A DNA stretch of 64,000 nt from Treponema sp. (GCA_024695625.1 JAILHV010000187.1:399-64398), one strand, 5' to 3'. Shown: positions 10,780 through 21,070, numbered from the stretch's first letter. Numbers and translations are program-made. The notes: a model not told the origin generated them from the sequence alone.

Positions 10780-12270
10780 ATGGCAAATTACAATTTGGAA
10801 AAACAACATGCAAAAGGCAAGCTTCATGCAATAGAGCGTATCAATGCCCTTTGCGATAAAGATTCTTTTTATGAAATTTACGAGGGTGCCCGCCATACCT
10901 GCACAAGCTTTGGAATGGACAAGAAAGACATTCCCTATGACGGCGTAATCACCGGCTTTGGAAAAATCAACGGCAAAAAAGTTGCTATCTACGCTCAGGA
11001 TTTTACTGTTCAGGGCGGTTCTCTTGGAAAGGTTCACGGTCAGAAAATCGCGGAACTCATCAGCAAGGCAATTGAATCCCGCTGCCCTGTAATCGGCATC
11101 AATGATTCTGGTGGAGCACGCATTCAGGAAGGCGTTGATGCCCTTTGCGGTTACGGTGACCTTTTCTATCAGAATGTTCGCGCAAGCGGAGCCGTTCCCC
11201 AGATTAGCATTATCGCAGGCCCCTGTGCCGGTGGAGCCGTATATTCACCTGGAATCACCGATTTTATCTTTGCTGTGGACAAGATAAGCCAGATGTTCAT
11301 CACAGGTCCAAAAGTCGTAAAGAGCGTAATGTTCATGGACATTTCCGCAGAAGACTTGGGCGGTGCTTCAATACATTCCCAGAAGAGCGGTGTTGCCCAT
11401 TTCCGCTGCCAGTCAGAAAACGACTGCTACGAAAAAGTCCGCAAGCTCTTGGATTACATTCCGCATTATTATGGCGAAGAAATTGTTTCCCAGAAGTTCA
11501 AGTTTGACGAGCGCAAGAAAGAAAAGCACATCGCAGAAATTCTTCCCGAACGCAGCACCCAGGGCTATGACATGAAGGAAGTAATAAACTGCGTTACGGA
11601 CGATGACAGCTTCTTTGAGATTATGCCTGAATTTGCCCAGAATGCGGTTGTTGGATTTGCAAAGGTAGAAGGAAAGTCTGTTGGTATTATAGGCAACAAT
11701 CCGGCCGGCTTGGGTGGAATCCTTGACTGCGACTCTTCAGACAAGATTGCCCGTTTTGTGCGCTACTGCGACAGCTACAACATTCCCCTTCTTACATTCG
11801 TTGACGTTCCAGGCTTTATCCCCGGCCCCCAGGAAGAGCAGAAGGGAATCATCCGCCACGGTGCAAAAGTAATTTACGCTTATGCAGAAGCCACCGTGCC
11901 AAAGGTAACGATTATTACCCGCAAGGCTTATGGCGGTGCATACATTGCAATGTGTTCAAAGCATCTTGGTGCAGACTTCGTTTATGCCTGGCCAAAAGCA
12001 GAGATTGCCGTTATGGGTGCAGAGGGTGCTCTTGGAATTTTGTATGCAAAAGAAATGCAGGATCCAAGCAAGGCTGAATTTGTTGCCCAGAAGTCTCAGG
12101 AGTACAAAGAGACAATCATGACTCCTGCCGTTGCAGCCCAGCGCGACTACATCAGTGCAATAATCAACCCCGAGGAAACCCGCAAGCGCATAGTCGCAAG
12201 CCTTGACTTCCTCTGTGGCAAGAAACAGTTGAATGCTCCTGCAAAGAAGCACGGAAACATTCCCCTGTAA
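10780..12270 (+). CDS. Acyl-CoA carboxylase carboxyltransferase subunit (methylmalonyl-/propionyl-CoA carboxylase or decarboxylase type)
   Basis: DFTVQGGSLG, DSGGARIQEG, GPCAGGAVYSP, RKAYGGAY and terminal KKHGNIPL motifs. Start moved to ATG 10780 after the GAGGT RBS. Confidence 0.92.
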   Translation: MANYNLEKQHAKGKLHAIERINALCDKDSFYEIYEGARHTCTSFGMDKKDIPYDGVITGFGKINGKKVAIYAQDFTVQGGSLGKVHGQKIAELISKAIESRCPVIGINDSGGARIQEGVDALCGYGDLFYQNVRASGAVPQISIIAGPCAGGAVYSPGITDFIFAVDKISQMFITGPKVVKSVMFMDISAEDLGGASIHSQKSGVAHFRCQSENDCYEKVRKLLDYIPHYYGEEIVSQKFKFDERKKEKHIAEILPERSTQGYDMKEVINCVTDDDSFFEIMPEFAQNAVVGFAKVEGKSVGIIGNNPAGLGGILDCDSSDKIARFVRYCDSYNIPLLTFVDVPGFIPGPQEEQKGIIRHGAKVIYAYAEATVPKVTIITRKAYGGAYIAMCSKHLGADFVYAWPKAEIAVMGAEGALGILYAKEMQDPSKAEFVAQKSQEYKETIMTPAVAAQRDYISAIINPEETRKRIVASLDFLCGKKQLNAPAKKHGNIPL

Positions 12271-12314
12271 TTTTGTTTTTGTAATTTTTTTTTGGACTAG
12301 CTTTTATATGATAA

Positions 12315-12445
12315 CCCGCTTTCCAGAACAAGCAGTGCCATGGAGGGCGCGTCGTTTCTTTGCATAGACTTAAGGTTAGTTTTCGCAGAAAACTAACTGG
12401 ATAAAAATTGCACGGATGCAATTTTTATCCGCAATCGGGGGTAGG
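12315..12445 (+). repeat. Degenerate family-1 palindromic element with two strong hairpins; probable bidirectional terminator
   Basis: Ends CCCGCTTTCC...GCAATCGGGGGTAGG match other copies. Hairpins GTTAGTTTTC/GAAAACTAAC and GGATAAAAATTGCA/TGCAATTTTTATCC lie between convergent genes. Confidence 0.55.
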
Positions 12446-12477
12446 AATTATTTTGGATAGTTCCTGCCCCTTTGCTT

Positions 12478-13698
12478 TTAGTAATTTCCGCCAAACTCCG
12501 GGCCAAAGACCCAGCCACGTACAATTTCTTCTTTTCCTTCTATTGGTGCGTCAATGTAATACCACTTTGAAGTCTTTCCATTTATCGTCTGGCTTTCTGT
12601 ACTGCATCCAACAAGGTCAAAGAGAGTGTTTTCCTTTTGGCGCTTACCCCTTGACCTGTCCAAGTTGCCTATTACCTTTGATTTTACGGATGGCTGTGTA
12701 TAGACCTTGATTTTGCTGCTGGAATTTCCTGTAAGGCAAATAAATATCATCTCCTGAGAATTTTCCACCTTTTCGTATCCAAAAGGAAATGTTACTTTCT
12801 TTAGGCCTTTTAAGCTTACGTATCCCCATTCAGGAATTTGGGTAATTATTGAATCGTTGCTTTTGTATTTTGCAAATATGACGGAGCCTGGCTGAAGCTT
12901 TAAAAAATCCCTGTTGTATAAATAGCCCATATCAAGATTTTTTAAAACCACAAGCTTGTTTTCTGGAACTTCATACCATTCCCCACTTTTGACTTCATTA
13001 AAGCATGTTGCTTCAACGTCCTCCACAGGAAGCGCAAGAATTTGTTTTTCGCTCAATTTTAGGGCTTCCGCAGAAATCCAGTTGTACTGGTGGCTCTTGT
13101 CTCCAGAGATACGTACAAAATAATTTAGCTTTCCGTCATAGTTTATTTTTGCTGCAGTGCGGCTGTATGCTATTACTTTGCTTGCCGTTTTGTAGCCCCA
13201 CATTTCTCCACCAATGGCATTTATGTTGCAGTAGGCATAGATGTCTTCCTTGCCTGTTTGCTTGAATTCTGCAATTACAGGATTGGTGCCGTATGGAGAA
13301 AAGAAAGCTGATTTTTCAACGCCTTTAAAATATCCGAAATGTTGTGTTGCGGAAAGAACCAAAGTGCCATTGATGTCAAGGTAAAGATTGTAGTCATCTA
13401 TATACTCTGCCTTTAAGTCTTCCACTTTGTAGTATTCGGTCTTCTTTGAATCAATATACTCTATTTTGCATACGAAATCAAAATTTCCAACATTCATTCT
13501 TGCTTCTGCATCAAAGCCTGTACGTCCATGGTTGATGCGTACTTCTCCCATGGAAACAGATTTTGAGTAGTCCAAAGATCTTAATTCATCTGCTTCCAGT
13601 TTTACAAACTTTGCATCCGCGGCTTCTTCCGTAAATGCTGAATTCAAAAAAATGCAGCCTGCCAATAGTGCCGTAAGAAGAACTTTTCTTTTTTTCAT
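12478..13698 (-). CDS. Exported hypothetical protein with C-terminal SH3b-like domain; candidate Rhs immunity protein
   Basis: Signal peptide MKKRKVLLTALLAGCIFLNSAFT and an SH3b-like C-terminus (IKVYTQPSVKSKVIG...KWYYI...GWVFG). It is the first gene downstream of the Rhs gene. Confidence 0.55.
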   Translation of the reverse strand: MKKRKVLLTALLAGCIFLNSAFTEEAADAKFVKLEADELRSLDYSKSVSMGEVRINHGRTGFDAEARMNVGNFDFVCKIEYIDSKKTEYYKVEDLKAEYIDDYNLYLDINGTLVLSATQHFGYFKGVEKSAFFSPYGTNPVIAEFKQTGKEDIYAYCNINAIGGEMWGYKTASKVIAYSRTAAKINYDGKLNYFVRISGDKSHQYNWISAEALKLSEKQILALPVEDVEATCFNEVKSGEWYEVPENKLVVLKNLDMGYLYNRDFLKLQPGSVIFAKYKSNDSIITQIPEWGYVSLKGLKKVTFPFGYEKVENSQEMIFICLTGNSSSKIKVYTQPSVKSKVIGNLDRSRGKRQKENTLFDLVGCSTESQTINGKTSKWYYIDAPIEGKEEIVRGWVFGPEFGGNY

Positions 13699-13724
13699 AT
13701 CTATCACTCCTATTATAAATAACA

Positions 13725-13760
13725 GGATGTGTTGCTAAAAGTTACTTTAACAGCACATCC
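13725..13760 (-). terminator. Hairpin between Rhs and the downstream gene
   Basis: GGATGTGCTGTTAAAG/CTTTTAGCAACACATCC stem followed by TGTTATTT on the minus strand. Confidence 0.5.
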
Positions 13761-13814
13761 CGGTTATAAACACTTATGCAATTAAAACACGGTTACTTTG
13801 CAAGCCGCCACATT

Positions 13815-16800
13815 TTAATTGTTTTTGGAAAAATCATAGCCACGTATTCCAATAACGTGAACTTCTGGTGCATTCAAATCTCCGATCTTTTTTGAATACA
13901 CGTCGTAATATTCTTCATTTCCAATTTTGTTTACAAAGTGCTTCCCTGAATAAATATTGTCACTCGTCAGGCAGTAAACTGTGTGCTCCGGGTTATCCGT
14001 AGTATAGGTGAAGGAGCCTTTCAGACCTGTTGATGCCCACATTGCATTTGCTGCCGTATAGAAATTTGTGGTTGCGTCTACAGAGTCAACTGCACCGGAT
14101 GCAATCGCACTGTTCATGGCAGCAACGGCCTGCTCCTGTGTCATCGCTTCACCAGTTATTGCCGTGTACTGCTCCGATACAATGTTCAAAACTGTTGTGG
14201 CGGCACAAGCACTTTCTCCAAACCTCTTGTTTGCTTTTGACCTTTCTTCAGAAGTTAGCGGTTTGCTGCGTGGAAGATAAACCTTCGCACCAATATCCCT
14301 CTGGTTGAATCTTGTTGCAACCGCTTCAAGTCCCCACAAGTCCACAAAGTTAACAGGGTCGCCTGCGCAATATGCATACCAGTTCATTCCGTCGCGTATC
14401 GGATCGCTTGTTGTAAAACGGGCAAGGACTGGAGAGTAATCCCTGAAGCCGTAGTCGTACATGCCAAGTGCCGCGTTGTATTTTTTTCCGGCATAGGCAA
14501 AGTCTGCACCTGATACAACTGCGGTTGCTGTATCAATGCGGGTTTTTATGCCGTTTTTGGTATTGGCAAAGTAGGGTGTTCCGTCTGCATCGTAGTCAAC
14601 TGAATAGTATGAGGTTCCGTCTGCCGCAACTGAGCACCTTATGCTTCCCCTGCCGTCTGAGGTCAATTCATATGAGGCGGATTGTGAAGGGGAGTATTTT
14701 GGAACGAATGAATTAGCTTGGAAAATTTTTCTTCCGTTTGCATAGGTAAAGTAGCGGGTAATATTGCAACGAGTCTGAGAAGTATTCTTTGTGCGGTTTT
14801 TCGCTGAGTAAGAATCTATGTCTGCAAAACGTACCTGCTGACTCTCACCTGTATATTCTGATCCGTCTGAATTGCCGCTAGAATATGCAAATGGTTCGTA
14901 TTCACAAAGTTCATTCATTGTTAATCCGTCGTATACAGAACGTACCGTGCATCCAGTATTATCACGTATTGACTGTCTGCGTCCAAAAGCATCGTAGGTA
15001 AATGATTCTGTGAAGCTGTTTTCTGTCCTGTAGTCGACAACTCTACTCTCTCTTAATCTGTTGGAAGAAGTATAAAATAAAGTAACATTTTTGTAAAGAG
15101 TATTTTCAGATATTAAATTTCCATTGTCATCGTATTTGAACTCTGCCGCTGAAGAATTTTTCCCTGAAATTCTTACAAGTCTGTTTTCTGCATCGTATTC
15201 ATAATTCAGTGTGCCCAAGGCGTTTGACTTTGATACTCTGTTTCCGTTTAAATCATATTTATATGATTCAATCCATGATTTTTGCGGTGAGAAAGTGAAG
15301 TCCAAATTCATTTTTTCGCAAAGAAATTTTGCCTTTTCTGCGAATTCCTTTGGGAAGTTGACTGACTCATAAATCGGACGTGCAGAGGGCCTTTCACCGT
15401 ATTCTTCAAATTCCCTGTATGTTTTTTCTTCAATCTCTTTGTTGTATGCAACAATCTGCTTTTGTATGCGGCCATGCTTATCGTACTCAAACAATGAGAA
15501 TGAAGGTTCGGAGTTTATAGTGCATGCAATATGACCGTCATTGTCATAGATAATTCCTTCTGCAAACAAGATATTGCCGCAGGAATCTTTCTGGACCGTA
15601 AGGATTTTCCTGCCGATTTCGTCTTTTTCCTTTGTTACGCTTACTCCGTTTGAACTTAAAGACCCGTTTTCATTACCGGAATTATCGTAGCAGAAATTGA
15701 TTTTGTTCATGTTTGATACAGCAGAATTTAGGTTTCCGCTTGAATCATAACTATAAATTGTATCGTACCCGTCTAATGAAATTCTTGTGACCCGTCCGTA
15801 CCCGTCATATGAATATTTCGTTGTTTTATCAGCGTCATTCGCCAAAATCAACATGTTTGATTCATCATATTTGTAAGTCTGAACCGTGGCCTCGGTTTCA
15901 GCCTTTATGATGGAACCAAAAACATCATAGTGCAGTGCCGAAAATGTTTTGTCACCATATTTCGTGATTTGCTTTCCGGTTTCTTCCGAAAAACTTTGGG
16001 TGCTTGTGTTTCCGTTAAAATCTGTTGTGGTAATAGAGTTGTCCCTTATGTTGTAGCTCGTCTTTTTTGTTTTACCCAGGGCATTCGTTTCGCTGATGTT
16101 CCGGCCGAAAGAATCAAACGCGTAGGACCGCAAATTGCCGAGAGCATCACGTACTTTTAGGGTGCGCATGTCTTTTGAGTATGATTTTTCCTGAATTAAA
16201 TCATCCGATTCAAAAACTTTTACAATAAGACCTGAGCCGTCACAGGAAAATTTCTTTGGGGGCATGCCTCTTTCCTTCCTTGATATGCACCTGTCAAATG
16301 AGTCATATTCGCATTCCAAAACAGTTCCAAAGAAATCCGTCTGCTTTAAAAGGTTTCCCTTTGCGTCGTATGAAAAATTCAGCTCGTTGTTCTCATCCTT
16401 TATTTGAGAAATCATTCCCAGTGCGTTGTAAAGGTAGTGAGTCCTTGACTTTCCGCATTGCTCGGTAACAGTGGCATTGTATTCATTATAGGAAAAGGTT
16501 TTGTCTGTTTCTGCATCATAAAGTAAATTTCCCCATGCATCGTATTTTGATTCATAAGAAAGTTTTCCGTTTTTTCTTGTTGCCGAACCGCTTTTGTCAT
16601 CGTATGCAATTTCTTCCACAAGCGTTCTGCCGTCATTGCTCTGGTGCTTTTGAAGCATTTTCTTACGGCCAAGGGAGTCATACTCTGTTTTTTGAACATA
16701 GTTTTTTGTGGTCTCTGTAACGGTTGTAATTCCTGCATTTTCAGCGTATGAATACTTTGTTACAAATCCACTTGCACTGGTTTTGCTTGCCAATCTGCAG

Positions 16801-19715
16801 TCAGGTCCGTAGCGAAAATCAAAAATATGAGTGTCATCTTGTACTATTGAAGCAATTTGTCCAGAAAAAGAATCATACGAATACTTAGTGATTCCTCCGT
16901 ACGGATTTATGGATTCCCGTAATTTTCCTGCAGGAGAAAAGTTGTTTGTTGAAGAACGGCCTTCTGCGTCTGTTTTTTTTACAAGTAAGCCTTTTTCGTT
17001 ATAGAATTCTGTCGCATAAAGATTTCCATCTTTCTTTATACGGATGACTTTCTTTCCATTTTCAAACGAGTATGTGAATTCGTTTGTGAACTTGTTTCCA
17101 ATAATTTTCTTGTTTTCATCTACAAAGTATCTCGTTTCTTTTGTGATGTCACCCGAAGAATTGTATTCGTATTCTGTTTTGATGCAGGGGGCATCATTTG
17201 TTGCTGCTGCAGAATGGTTCCACAAGTACGTTGCTTTAATTTTTCCAGACGGAGTGTATTCGTAGGTCGATTTTGTTGTTGCGTTTGCTAAGGCACTTTT
17301 GATGTCATCTCCAGTTCCTGTTTTTATTTCTATAATATTATGGCTTTTTCCATAACTGAATAGCCACGCCTTTGTTTTGCCGCTTGTCAAATCGCTTTCG
17401 GTCTTGCATGTAATATCCTTTCTGCTATTCATTGTGACCCTTCGCTCAATGTTTGTTGGTGTACGGAATATCGTTGTGCGGCCGTCGTACTCCCAGGTCC
17501 AAACTAACCCCTGGATGTTTGTGTAGGATATTAACCGTCCGTAAGAGTCGTATTCGTATTTCCCGTTTTTATCTTTTTTCAACGCATAAGTTTCTTCGTC
17601 GTATTCAAAAGAATCATTGTTGCAACCTGTGATTTCTCTGATTCCACCCCAATTATTCGGCATGTAACTGAATAGAGTTTTTCCGTCCCGCTTTATGCAC
17701 TTTAGGAATCCGTTTGAGTCATAATCAAAGGTCGTAACAATTGTGTCTCTGTCGCGATATGATGACAAAAGATTGTAAGGCTGCTGATATGTCCATGTTT
17801 CATTGGTGCCGTCACTATAGCTTGCTTTTGTCAAGTTGCCATATTCATCATAGGAGAAGGTCGTGATACCATAATTGTTTTCCAAAGTTGCTATTTTGCC
17901 GTTTGAATCATAAGTTCTTTTTGTAAATATTCCATCAGAAGATATTTCCTTTGTAATATGATTTTCATCTTCGAAATAATAGGAAATGCTTTTTCCCTCT
18001 GGATCGGTATAGGTTAGTTTTCCGTTTGATAAATCACCATCAAAGGTTTCTACCCATCCTTCTTCATTTTTGACTGAAATTACTTTCTTGTTGTTTTTGT
18101 CGGATGAATTTTGGCCATAAAAAATTTCGTTGAAATTTCCGTCAGGCTTAATACATTTTTTTATGTCACCATCGCTATCATATTCATATTGATATATGTC
18201 ATTGTCCTCGTCTACGACTTTAACCAGATTATTTCCGTCGTAGTAAAAGTTCTTTTGGCTTTTGAAAAGTTCATTTGAAATTTTTGTCAAAAAGCCTTTT
18301 TCATTTCTGGAAAAACTTAATATTGTTTTGCCTTTGTGCTGAATGCTTTTGACTCTGTGTGAACCATCGAGTGAAAATGCAATTGTGGATCCGTAGCGGT
18401 CCCGGTAATATTCGGGGAGTCCGTAAGCCGAAAACTTTTTTGTCAGTCCTGAAAGATAATGGATTTCTATACCACCGTCTGGTGTTGGCGTTGCATACAG
18501 TTCTTTTGGAGATGTTTGGTCGCAATTTTCGTAGCGGTTCGTTTCTTCATTGTAGTCCAAAATAAAAATATTGCCATTGTCATCAATAAAAATTATTGAA
18601 CTTGGGTTGAGCAATGCGGCTTTGTCTTCATATCCCCATTCGGAAAATTTATTCAGTTCTTTGTTCTTTATTGAATCTTCTTCCATTTTCTGAAGCTTGA
18701 TTTTTGCTGCCTTCACTTTTGCTTTTACATCATCAAGTTCTGCCCGAAGACCTGGACGGAAATTCGATGAAATTGAGCTTATGGAATTAGATGTGTTCTT
18801 TATTTCCTTTTCCTGCTTCTTGATTTCAGCTTTGATTTTCTCAAGTTCACTGTTGTTCCTTCCGCGGATAATTCTTGTATCTAATGAACAGAACCACTGG
18901 TTTCCATATGAACCGCACAAATGATTTCCGCTGACAAGATTTCTGAAAACAGTATAATTGTTTGGTCCCCAAGTGAAATTTGCATCATAATCGTTGATGA
19001 AAAACTTGCCTGCGGTAATGAATACCGGGTCGCCTACAAGAGACGGTGCCTCAGTTGCCTCTGTTACATTTGACGGGAGGGTGCTCTGAATTGAACTTGC
19101 TATTCCCGATGAAAATATGCTTGGGGATGGTATTGAAAAAAGTTGGCTGTTGATTTTTCCGTTATAGTCAAAAGCATTGGGTGCATGAAAAAAACATGAT
19201 GCATTTGACAACGTGCTTTTGGGGCCTTTTCCATTCGAAATGCTTGATATGGCTGAATTTGCTGTGTTTTGAATTCCTGTAAAGCAATTTGAAATTGCAG
19301 ATCCTATTTCAGAGATTGTAGCTGAAATACCGTCTGCCTTGCTTTGATCAGAGACAGATGGACCAGATGTGCTCCAAATAGTTTCTCCTACTCCCTCGCC
19401 TGTAGTTGCAGAGCTGTCAGAATCGCCGCTGGAACTTCCGCTTGAGCTCCCGCTCGAGTCTCCGCTCGTACCACCGCTGCTTGCCGATGATGTCCCTGAA
19501 TTTCCCGATGAGGATGTGCTTCCGGAACTGGCAGATCCTGAGGAGCCTCCAGTGCTGCCAGAGCCGCCTGAACTTCCTGATGCAGAAGATGAAGCGCTTC
19601 CTCCCGAAGCTCCTATTGCAAATTTTAGGAGCGGCATTGTGATTGCATTTGTCTGTAACAGGAGTATCCCTGTTGTTAAACAAAATGTCCTTTTTAAGAT
19701 TGTAGTTAATTTCAT
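13815..19715 (-). CDS. Rhs/YD-repeat polymorphic toxin-like protein with DUF6531-like domain, Rhs core and variable C-terminal tip
   Basis: GDPVFITAGKF...YGNQWFCSLD (DUF6531-like), many YD repeats, and Rhs core YDYGFRDYSPVLARFTTSDPIRDGMNWYAYCAGDPVNFVDLWGL followed by a 170-aa tip. Confidence 0.92.
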   Translation of the reverse strand: MKLTTILKRTFCLTTGILLLQTNAITMPLLKFAIGASGGSASSSASGSSGGSGSTGGSSGSASSGSTSSSGNSGTSSASSGGTSGDSSGSSSGSSSGDSDSSATTGEGVGETIWSTSGPSVSDQSKADGISATISEIGSAISNCFTGIQNTANSAISSISNGKGPKSTLSNASCFFHAPNAFDYNGKINSQLFSIPSPSIFSSGIASSIQSTLPSNVTEATEAPSLVGDPVFITAGKFFINDYDANFTWGPNNYTVFRNLVSGNHLCGSYGNQWFCSLDTRIIRGRNNSELEKIKAEIKKQEKEIKNTSNSISSISSNFRPGLRAELDDVKAKVKAAKIKLQKMEEDSIKNKELNKFSEWGYEDKAALLNPSSIIFIDDNGNIFILDYNEETNRYENCDQTSPKELYATPTPDGGIEIHYLSGLTKKFSAYGLPEYYRDRYGSTIAFSLDGSHRVKSIQHKGKTILSFSRNEKGFLTKISNELFKSQKNFYYDGNNLVKVVDEDNDIYQYEYDSDGDIKKCIKPDGNFNEIFYGQNSSDKNNKKVISVKNEEGWVETFDGDLSNGKLTYTDPEGKSISYYFEDENHITKEISSDGIFTKRTYDSNGKIATLENNYGITTFSYDEYGNLTKASYSDGTNETWTYQQPYNLLSSYRDRDTIVTTFDYDSNGFLKCIKRDGKTLFSYMPNNWGGIREITGCNNDSFEYDEETYALKKDKNGKYEYDSYGRLISYTNIQGLVWTWEYDGRTTIFRTPTNIERRVTMNSRKDITCKTESDLTSGKTKAWLFSYGKSHNIIEIKTGTGDDIKSALANATTKSTYEYTPSGKIKATYLWNHSAAATNDAPCIKTEYEYNSSGDITKETRYFVDENKKIIGNKFTNEFTYSFENGKKVIRIKKDGNLYATEFYNEKGLLVKKTDAEGRSSTNNFSPAGKLRESINPYGGITKYSYDSFSGQIASIVQDDTHIFDFRYGPDCRLASKTSASGFVTKYSYAENAGITTVTETTKNYVQKTEYDSLGRKKMLQKHQSNDGRTLVEEIAYDDKSGSATRKNGKLSYESKYDAWGNLLYDAETDKTFSYNEYNATVTEQCGKSRTHYLYNALGMISQIKDENNELNFSYDAKGNLLKQTDFFGTVLECEYDSFDRCISRKERGMPPKKFSCDGSGLIVKVFESDDLIQEKSYSKDMRTLKVRDALGNLRSYAFDSFGRNISETNALGKTKKTSYNIRDNSITTTDFNGNTSTQSFSEETGKQITKYGDKTFSALHYDVFGSIIKAETEATVQTYKYDESNMLILANDADKTTKYSYDGYGRVTRISLDGYDTIYSYDSSGNLNSAVSNMNKINFCYDNSGNENGSLSSNGVSVTKEKDEIGRKILTVQKDSCGNILFAEGIIYDNDGHIACTINSEPSFSLFEYDKHGRIQKQIVAYNKEIEEKTYREFEEYGERPSARPIYESVNFPKEFAEKAKFLCEKMNLDFTFSPQKSWIESYKYDLNGNRVSKSNALGTLNYEYDAENRLVRISGKNSSAAEFKYDDNGNLISENTLYKNVTLFYTSSNRLRESRVVDYRTENSFTESFTYDAFGRRQSIRDNTGCTVRSVYDGLTMNELCEYEPFAYSSGNSDGSEYTGESQQVRFADIDSYSAKNRTKNTSQTRCNITRYFTYANGRKIFQANSFVPKYSPSQSASYELTSDGRGSIRCSVAADGTSYYSVDYDADGTPYFANTKNGIKTRIDTATAVVSGADFAYAGKKYNAALGMYDYGFRDYSPVLARFTTSDPIRDGMNWYAYCAGDPVNFVDLWGLEAVATRFNQRDIGAKVYLPRSKPLTSEERSKANKRFGESACAATTVLNIVSEQYTAITGEAMTQEQAVAAMNSAIASGAVDSVDATTNFYTAANAMWASTGLKGSFTYTTDNPEHTVYCLTSDNIYSGKHFVNKIGNEEYYDVYSKKIGDLNAPEVHVIGIRGYDFSKNN

Positions 19716-19724
19716 TTATACCTC

Positions 19725-21056
19725 CTACAATGAAAATTTATAATTACTCAGCAATTTGTCGAGTAAGCTTCCTTCTTGATTTGCGGTAGGAATATAGCCA
19801 GATGCATCTTGTACAAACTGGCACAGTCCGTCTGCTCCGCTTCCTTGCATATAGTATGAGGATGTCTGTTCTGCAATTTGCCCCTTTTCGTTACAAGAGC
19901 AAAAGTAAATTCCTATAGGGAAAATTTCTTGTGCACTGCAATATGTTTCAGAAGTGACCTTCTTTAATGCAGCATTTAGACGTAAAAAGTCATTCAGAAG
20001 TTTTGGGTAATCTTCCAAAAAAATACTTGCCATACTTGATATTTCTATATATACAGGGTTAAGCAGGGTTCCTGATACGGAATATGTTTTTGCCTCCGTC
20101 ATTATTTTTTCTTTTAGCTTTGTTGCGTTTTTTTCATCATTTATCAATTGTGCTGCTTTTTTTGTAAAGGAATTGAATGCTTCAAAAAGGTCGGGAACTG
20201 CATCCATGTTTACGATTGCAAATGATTTGTCGTTCTTTGCTGAATATTGTTTTTCAATCAATTTTGCAACCTCATTTCCCTGGGTGCATTTCTCAAGTTC
20301 TTGATCCATCCATGATGAATAATCCCATCCGCTTGCATCCTGAACTCCTTCAACTCCTGCAAACCAGTGTGCCTCGTGTTTTAGTTCGTAAATTTCTTCC
20401 AGTTCAGCACCAAAACAAGTGTCAAATCCAATGAACTCAAGTTTGTCACTTCCCATTCCTGTCTGTATTGCCTTGCGGAGATCGGGAATTGTCATGAATG
20501 TTCCACTGGTATCGTCAATGGCAATTGCTCTGTTTGTGCTGCGTTTATTAAAGCGGTATCCTGTTCCGTGCCCCCAGATGATAAGCCCGTAGTGGTCTGC
20601 AGGATAATATTTGCGCGAAAAATTTAGAATGGAAATCAGAGTTTCCATATCTCCCATGTTTAGCTCTTCTGAAGACAAGTAGTCTCCTTCCTGAGGTTTG
20701 TGGCTTAGTTGAATGGATTTTGAATGTGCCGATGAATGATCGATTTCAAAAAGCTTGGTTCCTGACCATGATTTTTCATTTTCATTATTACTGCTTGCCC
20801 TGTCAAAAAGAACCAATGTTTTGACAAGTTCGTTGTTGCACCTTGCGTTTTCAATTTCCCTAAAATCTTCAAGTGCGGCTGAATCCAGGTTGTTGTCTGC
20901 AGCCATATATACGATAAAAGTCCATTTGCTTTTCGGGTGAACAGATGGTGGTGTTCCGCCGGAACTTGAGGAAGAAGAAATGTCTTCGAGTCCAAAGTTG
21001 CATGATTGCAAAATAATTGAAAATAATGCAAAAAAGATTAGTGTAAACTTTTTCAT
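19725..21056 (-). CDS. Clostripain-related cysteine peptidase (C11), lipoprotein
   Basis: Lipobox LQSC, KWTFIVYMAADNNL, ELNMGD, YGLIIWGHGTG (catalytic His) and FIGFDTC (catalytic Cys). Confidence 0.9.
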   Translation of the reverse strand: MKKFTLIFFALFSIILQSCNFGLEDISSSSSSGGTPPSVHPKSKWTFIVYMAADNNLDSAALEDFREIENARCNNELVKTLVLFDRASSNNENEKSWSGTKLFEIDHSSAHSKSIQLSHKPQEGDYLSSEELNMGDMETLISILNFSRKYYPADHYGLIIWGHGTGYRFNKRSTNRAIAIDDTSGTFMTIPDLRKAIQTGMGSDKLEFIGFDTCFGAELEEIYELKHEAHWFAGVEGVQDASGWDYSSWMDQELEKCTQGNEVAKLIEKQYSAKNDKSFAIVNMDAVPDLFEAFNSFTKKAAQLINDEKNATKLKEKIMTEAKTYSVSGTLLNPVYIEISSMASIFLEDYPKLLNDFLRLNAALKKVTSETYCSAQEIFPIGIYFCSCNEKGQIAEQTSSYYMQGSGADGLCQFVQDASGYIPTANQEGSLLDKLLSNYKFSL

Positions 21057-21070
21057 TGTTGCCTCCTAAG

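Noticed and set aside
12271-13814. Orphan Rhs tip/immunity cassette array downstream of Rhs
   Set aside because: No second Rhs core (DPxG/DxxGL) fragment is seen; only one gene precedes the convergent housekeeping gene.
19369-19743. Plus-strand Pro/Glu/Leu-rich ORF
   Set aside because: It is the antisense shadow of the Ser/Gly-rich Rhs linker.
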